Positions 56,629-64,000 of a DNA stretch of 64,000 nt are shown one piece after another. Made by a program: the position numbers and the translations under genes. Origin of the DNA: an uncultured Candidatus Saccharibacteria bacterium (GTDB taxonomy: Bacteria > Patescibacteriota > Minisyncoccia > Phycocordibacterales > SBAW01); the NCBI GenBank assembly GCA_964566795.1, contig CAZMIU010000001.1, positions 333,091 to 397,090 on the forward strand, written 5' to 3'. Positions within the stretch are counted from its first letter, which is position 1; every line of letters begins with the position of its first letter. Under the pieces are notes generated by a model, which was not told where the DNA came from, did no database searches, and worked only from the letters and a program-made list of their open reading frames with translations.

Positions 56629-56702
56629 TGTTGCGGGGGCAGGAATTGCACCTGCGACCTTCAGGTTATGAGCCTGACGAGCTACTACTGCTCCACCCCG
56701 CT
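56629..56702 (-). tRNA. Initiator-type tRNA-fMet(CAT).
   Basis: (A)GCGGGGTGGAGCAGTAGTAGCTCGTCAGGCTCATAACCTGAAGGTCGCAGG...CCTGCCCCCGCAACA is very close to bacterial initiator tRNA, with an unpaired 1:72. Confidence 0.75.
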
Positions 56703-56737
56703 ATAGTAGCGCTATATGCGCTATTGACACCACTATA

Positions 56738-57352
56738 TCAAATTGCGCCCAATTCTTCAAATACGCGGCGGTACTGGTCTATAGCCACGCGCATGTCGCG
56801 CTCGGTCAGGTTGTAGGCCTCGCCGCCGTGGGCCACTTCATTGCGCACCTTGTGCGCCTTCCAAGCCAAGTCGAGTGTCGTAAGCTGGAAGGGGTTTGCC
56901 ATCTTAAGCTGGTCCCCCACGCTCGTGCCCTCATAGCCCACCTCCAAGAGCACGGCCGAGAGCATAATGTCGGCCTCGAGTATTGCGCGCCGCCAGTCGC
57001 TTTGGTTGCCTGATGAAGCAAGCTCCATAACGCGGCGCCAGCGCTCCTGCTGCGGCGGAGTTTCCTCCATGTGCGCCTCGTGCACCTGGTGCACCTCCTT
57101 GGCATGAAAGCCCTCATGCTCAACCATCACCAGCCGTATCTGGAAGTACACGAGCAGTATCAGGAGCAGGAGTGTCAGCACCATGCCCCAAATGACAATC
57201 TGCAGCGAGACAAACGACACCCACGACGGGAGCGTGGCCCACAGCTCTCCGATACTGAAGCTCCCAGACAATTCATACACCCGGGTAAGGATGTACTCAA
57301 GGTTAAAAAAATTTACTCCCTGGCTCACGCTACTATTGTAGCTCCTTTCCAA
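56738..57352 (-). CDS. Membrane-anchored hypothetical protein with a DUF4145-like C-terminal motif.
   Basis: KAHKVRNEVAHGGE resembles the RxxGNxxAH motif of DUF4145. Recalled from memory, unverified. Confidence 0.35.
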   Translation of the reverse strand: MERSYNSSVSQGVNFFNLEYILTRVYELSGSFSIGELWATLPSWVSFVSLQIVIWGMVLTLLLLILLVYFQIRLVMVEHEGFHAKEVHQVHEAHMEETPPQQERWRRVMELASSGNQSDWRRAILEADIMLSAVLLEVGYEGTSVGDQLKMANPFQLTTLDLAWKAHKVRNEVAHGGEAYNLTERDMRVAIDQYRRVFEELGAI

Positions 57353-58731
57353 GGGTCATGAGCCCTGCCTCATCCCCATGTGCCGCCATACACTGAAAGC
57401 CGACAGGAAGCTCAGCACCGTCTCTTATAACCGTGCCCATAGGTACCGATACGGCGGGGTTGCCGGTGATGTTTGCTGTCACGGTAAAGATGTCGGCCAG
57501 ATATGCCGTAAGCGGGTCAGACTTCTCCCCTATCTTCCAGGCGGCCATGGGCATAGTGGGCATCACAATCGCGTCCACGCGCTCTAGCACCTCGGCAACC
57601 TCCCGGCGCAGGGCCTCGCGTGCGGCTCCTGCGCGGCCATAGTACGCGTCGTAGTAGCCCGAGGAGAGCACATAGGTGCCAAGCATAATGCGGCGGCGCG
57701 TCTCTGGGCCAAAGCCCTCGGCACGGCTTATGGCGTAGTCCTCATGCAAAGACTCCCCCTTTTTTGAGAGCCCGTAGCGTACGCCGTCAAAGCGCGACAG
57801 GTTAGCCGACACCTCGGCAAAGTTAATAATGTAGTAGGTGGCCAGGGCGTAGGAGAGTGACGGTATCTCTACATCGACAATCTCATAGCCTTTGGCGCGG
57901 AGTACTTCTGTCTTTGCATCAAACGCGGCGCGGATGTCTGGCTCGAGCCCCTGCTCAAGCAGGCTGCGCGGCACGCCCACTTTTTTTATGCGAGCTTTAG
58001 CCGGGTAGATTGTAGGGTCGATGGAGGTGCTGTCGAGCGAGTCATGGCCCGCGATAGCACTAAGCAGCAGTTCTGCGTCCTCAACTGTTTTTGCCAGAGG
58101 CCCGCACTGGTCAAATGATGACGCCGCGGCTATCAGGCCAAAGCGGGAGACAAGCCCATAGGTGGGCTTCAATCCCACCACCCCGCAAAAGCTCGCTGGG
58201 TTGCGCACCGAGCCGCCCGTGTCGGTCCCAAGCGCGCCAAGTGCCATACCTGCGGCAACGGCCGCTGCAGAGCCGCCCGATGTGCCGCCGGCCACACGCG
58301 TTGGGTCGTGTGGGTTGCGGGTCACGCCGTAGGCGGAGTTCTCGGTCGAGCCGCCCAAGGCAAACTCGTCCATGTTGGTGCGGCCCACAAACACCGCCCC
58401 GGCGGCCCTGAGTTTCCTTATCACCGTCGCGTCATACGTAGCCACATAGTGCTCGAGCATCTTAGATGCGGCAGAGGCTTTTTTGCCCTCAATCAAAATA
58501 TTGTCTTTTATCGCAAGCGGTATGCCCAAAAGCGTATGGCTCTCGCCTGCCTTGCGGCGGGCATCTGCGGCCTCGGCCTGCGCAAGCACATCATCAAACA
58601 CCTCAAGGTATACATTGAGCTCCTTATTGCGCGCCTCGACGTTGGCCAAGCATGCGCGCGCCAAGTCCACAGCCGTTATCTCGCCTGCGGCGAGTTTTAC
58701 TCCAGCCTCTTTAATTGTCAGGTCGGTAAGA

Positions 58732-58739
<8 letters not shown>
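57333..58739 (-). CDS. gatA: Glutamyl-tRNA(Gln) amidotransferase subunit A.
   Basis: Amidase signature GGSSGGSAAAVAAG, and the catalytic Ser-cisSer-Lys context. 468 aa. Confidence 0.9.
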
Positions 58740-61064
<2,325 letters not shown>

Positions 61065-61075
61065 TTACATCCTAA

Positions 61076-61600
61076 TTAGTAGCTAACGCGCAGCGTACGT
61101 TCGAGACGCGCTGCGCCCGTTGTGCCGCAGTTGTTGTAGCCTTTAGATATGATAGTGGTATAGAGTATGCCTCCTTGCGTAAATTTGCCCACCTCCACGC
61201 GCGCGCAGTAGGTAAACTGCGGCAGCATACTAAGCGTAAACGTTGTCGTTGCCGCGGTAGCTGTGTTGGCAATAGCCCACGGGGTCCAGCCCGTCGGCGG
61301 CGTTGCAATAGGAGTGGGCGGCGTGCCGTTTGCCGCAATATCCTGGCCGTTGCAGTTTATGTCGGAGGCCCACACCGAGTCGCTCGATGTGCCGAACGCG
61401 CTCTCATTGGTGTTGTACTTGGAGTCCCAATACAAGGCGCACTCTACCCCGGAGTCTGCGGCATAGATAGCGTATTGCGACTGGCTCGCCGCCGCAGAGA
61501 GGTCAATCTCGCGCACTGTAAGGTCATAGATAGCAAAGCCCACCGCCAAAGAGAGGCTCCCCACCAACATCGCAAAAAATATAGTAAAGCCTTTATTCAT
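61076..61600 (-). CDS. Type IV pilin/pseudopilin-like protein.
   Basis: N-terminus MNKGFTIFFAMLVGSLSLAVG is prepilin-like but degenerate. Gly/Thr-rich. Confidence 0.45.
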   Translation of the reverse strand: MNKGFTIFFAMLVGSLSLAVGFAIYDLTVREIDLSAAASQSQYAIYAADSGVECALYWDSKYNTNESAFGTSSDSVWASDINCNGQDIAANGTPPTPIATPPTGWTPWAIANTATAATTTFTLSMLPQFTYCARVEVGKFTQGGILYTTIISKGYNNCGTTGAARLERTLRVSY

Positions 61601-61604
61601 ACGT

Positions 61605-62135
61605 TTATTGCCAGTCTGTCAGGTTCTCTCTCACGCTAACCGTGCGTGTCAGGCCAGACTGCGCGCGCCATGTCACCACAACGGAGAGTACGGTCTCGCC
61701 TGTCTCGCCGGTCGATGGTGTCGAGAGCGTAATGGTACGTCTAAACTGCTGCGGCGTTGCGTTGCCAAGCCCATAGGTAAACAATACCTGAGTGCCGTTC
61801 TCATACCTGTTTAAGACCGGGCAAGTGCCCGAGCAGGCATCAACGTCTGCCGTTGAGGGCTCTATTGTGCAGCCGTCGGCACCCGTGCACGCGGTCAGGT
61901 TAGTGAGCCACGGGTTGCCCGAGAGTTTGTTGCTGTCGCGCACGAACCGCACATACTCCACCGCCTCCTGTGCCAGGTAAAACGCCACCATTTGGTCGCG
62001 GGCAATAAGCGAGGCCGAGAGCCCTTTGGCGGCAATGGTAAGCGGCCCCGCAAGAGCGGTCGCGAGCAGCAAGACCGCAATGAGCGTCTCTATCAGGGTA
62101 AATCCCTGCACTATGTGTTTAATTCTATTGATCAT
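61605..62135 (-). CDS. Prepilin-type N-terminal cleavage/methylation-domain protein (pilin/pseudopilin).
   Basis: QGFTLIETLIAVLLLA is a class III signal peptide motif (G|FTLIE). Confidence 0.65.
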   Translation of the reverse strand: MINRIKHIVQGFTLIETLIAVLLLATALAGPLTIAAKGLSASLIARDQMVAFYLAQEAVEYVRFVRDSNKLSGNPWLTNLTACTGADGCTIEPSTADVDACSGTCPVLNRYENGTQVLFTYGLGNATPQQFRRTITLSTPSTGETGETVLSVVVTWRAQSGLTRTVSVRENLTDWQ

Positions 62136-62706
62136 AGAGTCTTTGCGCTACAGAGGTCTGCAAGTCAAACGTCGACGTCTGCAAGCCGCCCACTGGCACC
62201 TCGCCCGAGAGGTATATAGCAACATACGGCTGCAGAGCCGTGTCCTCTGCGCCTTTGACATAAAATTCCAGGTTGGTTACGGTCACCTCGGAGGCCGTAA
62301 GCGGCGCGTAGGAGCCGCCGTTTTTAGACACAAGCACTGCTGTGCCGCTGGAGGAGCATGACGAACCGTTGCCCAGGCAGTAGCGTACAGACTGCCCCTC
62401 GGCCGAGCGGAACGCCATCGAGGTTGCGCCGGTGGCGCAGTCGCGCGGGCTGGTCACAGTGCCCACCGACACATCGCAGTGGTAGTTAACGCCGGTGCGC
62501 ATCGAACGCGACATTGCGTCAAGCGAGAAGTTGAGGTTATTGATAACCGACTTAAGCGTCTGCGCCTTGCGGTCCGACTCCGACATTGCAAGGAGCGCCC
62601 CAAGCGCCATGGTCATAACCGTGGCAAAAATCGCAACCGACACCAAAATCTCGATGAGCGTAAAGCCCTTGTTTAACGTTTGAAATTTGAGATGTGGAAA
62701 TTTCAT
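62125..62706 (-). CDS. Prepilin-type pilin/pseudopilin.
   Basis: KGFTLIEILVSVAIFA. Confidence 0.65.
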   Translation of the reverse strand: MKFPHLKFQTLNKGFTLIEILVSVAIFATVMTMALGALLAMSESDRKAQTLKSVINNLNFSLDAMSRSMRTGVNYHCDVSVGTVTSPRDCATGATSMAFRSAEGQSVRYCLGNGSSCSSSGTAVLVSKNGGSYAPLTASEVTVTNLEFYVKGAEDTALQPYVAIYLSGEVPVGGLQTSTFDLQTSVAQRLYDQ

Positions 62707-62709
62707 ATC

Positions 62710-63432
62710 TTAGCAAGCTGCCACACCGGCAGCGTCCAGGTTTGGCTTGCATACGGCAATCTGACCCGTGCTCGTTATTTTTATCGTGCGCCAATCGCTG
62801 TTTGCCGCAGATGAGCGCAGTTGTATGTAGGCGTAGTCATAGGTAGGCGGCGTGGTAGCGGTAGCACACGCAGTTGGCACATCATCTGTTGCAAAGCAGG
62901 CATCCGGGTTGGGACGCCTAAAATATACCGACACCCAGTTGAGCCTGGGCGAGGTTGCAGGGTTGCTTGAGGTACACTTGTCGCCGCTGCTAATGGAGTG
63001 CGCGCAAATGTTCTTAATGACATAGTCCGCACCAGTGGAGCGGCCGTTGCCTATAGTAAAGCGCGGCAACTCCTCTCCGGCCAAGTACTGCCCGTTGCCG
63101 TTGGCATCGGCAAACATAAGGTAGTGGTTAAAGTCGGCAAGCCCGGAGTTTTGCGAGAAAAACACCCCATAGCCCGGTGCAAACACGCCCGAGCCCGCGG
63201 CGCTCTCGCGCACAGATACGCCATACACCTGTGCCTGGCGCACCGAGAGCGCCACGCTGTAGGAGAGGCTGCGCAGGAGTGTCGCGCTGTTAAAGCCCTG
63301 CTGCCTAAACAGCACAAAGCCGGTGATAAGCACAATAATGAGCGACACCACCAACAGCTCGATAAGCGTAAAGCCGCGCTGCGCGCGGGTCAGTTTAGAA
63401 AAGAAGCGGCAAAGACGAGAAAAGGTCGACAT
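62710..63432 (-). CDS. Prepilin-type pilin/pseudopilin.
   Basis: RGFTLIELLVVSLIIVLITG. The likely start is MSTFSRL, at about 63432. Confidence 0.6.
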   Translation of the reverse strand: MSTFSRLCRFFSKLTRAQRGFTLIELLVVSLIIVLITGFVLFRQQGFNSATLLRSLSYSVALSVRQAQVYGVSVRESAAGSGVFAPGYGVFFSQNSGLADFNHYLMFADANGNGQYLAGEELPRFTIGNGRSTGADYVIKNICAHSISSGDKCTSSNPATSPRLNWVSVYFRRPNPDACFATDDVPTACATATTPPTYDYAYIQLRSSAANSDWRTIKITSTGQIAVCKPNLDAAGVAAC

Positions 63433-64000
63433 GCAGGGCATAGGCACACCATGCACCCATAATAAGGAACGGGGCAAAGGGTACTTCGCTTTTCATTGTA
63501 TATCTATTTTTTGCCAGGGCGAGCAGCACAAGCCCTACAACGGCACCCGACCAAAAGGCAATCATAAGCGCCGTAAGCCCTGCCGTAAGCCCAAGCAGCC
63601 AGCCCACAGATAGCTCCAAGAACCCGTCGCCCAACCCCATCCAGCGCCCCCCGGATATAAGCGACAGCAAGAGGAGCGGCAGCGCAAGCACCGGACCCGA
63701 CCACCATGTACCCCACGCTCCCCCGCCCTGGCCCCACAGCCCCAACAGCACCCCGCCCAAAGAGAGCGCCATGAGCGTGAGCGAGGCGGACCATGGGATA
63801 ATTTTGTGCCTGAGATCATACACAAGCACAAACAGGAGCGTCATCCACACCACAAACCAGTACGCAAACCACAGCGGCTCGGGAGAGCTGCTGTACGCCA
63901 CAACCGCAACAGCCGCCGCGGCTGCCTCTACCGCCGGATACTGCACAGAGATGCGCGTGCGGCAGTAGCGGCACCGCCCGCGCAAGAAGGCGTACGAGAG
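63395..64000 (-). CDS. Prepilin peptidase (A24 family), partial. The N-terminus lies beyond the window end.
   Basis: LRGRCRYCRTRISVQYPAVE is the zinc-binding CxxC of PilD. It is followed by multiple TM helices and Asp residues. The ORF remains open at 64000. Confidence 0.65.
   Translation of the reverse strand, partial: LSYAFLRGRCRYCRTRISVQYPAVEAAAAAVAVVAYSSSPEPLWFAYWFVVWMTLLFVLVYDLRHKIIPWSASLTLMALSLGGVLLGLWGQGGGAWGTWWSGPVLALPLLLLSLISGGRWMGLGDGFLELSVGWLLGLTAGLTALMIAFWSGAVVGLVLLALAKNRYTMKSEVPFAPFLIMGAWCAYALHVDLFSSLPLLF

Overview
By eye this 64-kb window is high-GC bacterial chromosome, roughly 60% or more. It is interrupted from about 19.2 to 48.2 kb by a visibly more AT-rich, mosaic genomic island that ends at the 3' end of a tRNA-Gln(CTG) gene.

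The high-GC flanks carry housekeeping genes: typA, an ABC-F ATPase, a DEAD-box helicase, pyrG, ftsEX, prfB, gatCA and ligA. They also carry a tRNA cluster (Gln, Thr×2, Asp, Met, fMet), cell-envelope enzymes and a run of type IV pilin-like genes with a partial prepilin peptidase at the window edge.

The island has two parts.
- A phage-derived and defence-like module: a DUF559 endonuclease-fold protein, an 869-aa PHP-phosphoesterase–SMC/ABC ATPase fusion, a ParB-domain–DNA methyltransferase fusion, a terminase-small-like HTH protein, a DUF4279 cassette with flanking repeats, and a large serine recombinase.
- A long redox, metal and envelope module: a CPC-motif P1B ATPase, an incomplete cytochrome bo3 quinol oxidase cyoBCD, DsbB with two DsbA, LysM-M23, an orphan atpB, a sortase, membrane-anchored NirK, an HXXEE protein, and a copper islet (cupredoxin, HMA-permease, DUF305, copA, csoR) flanked by att-like direct repeats.

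The most notable sequence-level observations are these.
- A 16-bp perfect palindrome, GTGTTTTGCAAAACAC, occurs four times upstream of four consecutive minus-strand genes, including an ArsR regulator.
- A 30-bp perfect palindrome with a C5/G5 tract abuts the csoR start.
- Two HNH endonuclease genes abut tRNA genes.
- A 21-bp duplication of a tRNA-Thr 3' end lies beside that tRNA.
- prfB has no room for the usual programmed frameshift.

The best candidate for an undescribed system is the DUF559 + PHP–SMC-ATPase operon, which is divergent from the ParB-MTase. All protein calls come from reading the motifs directly; no database search was run. Lineage cannot be established. The gene content (sortase, LysM, many pilins, small DUF genes) is compatible with a Gram-positive-like or CPR/Patescibacteria-like organism, but this is inference only.
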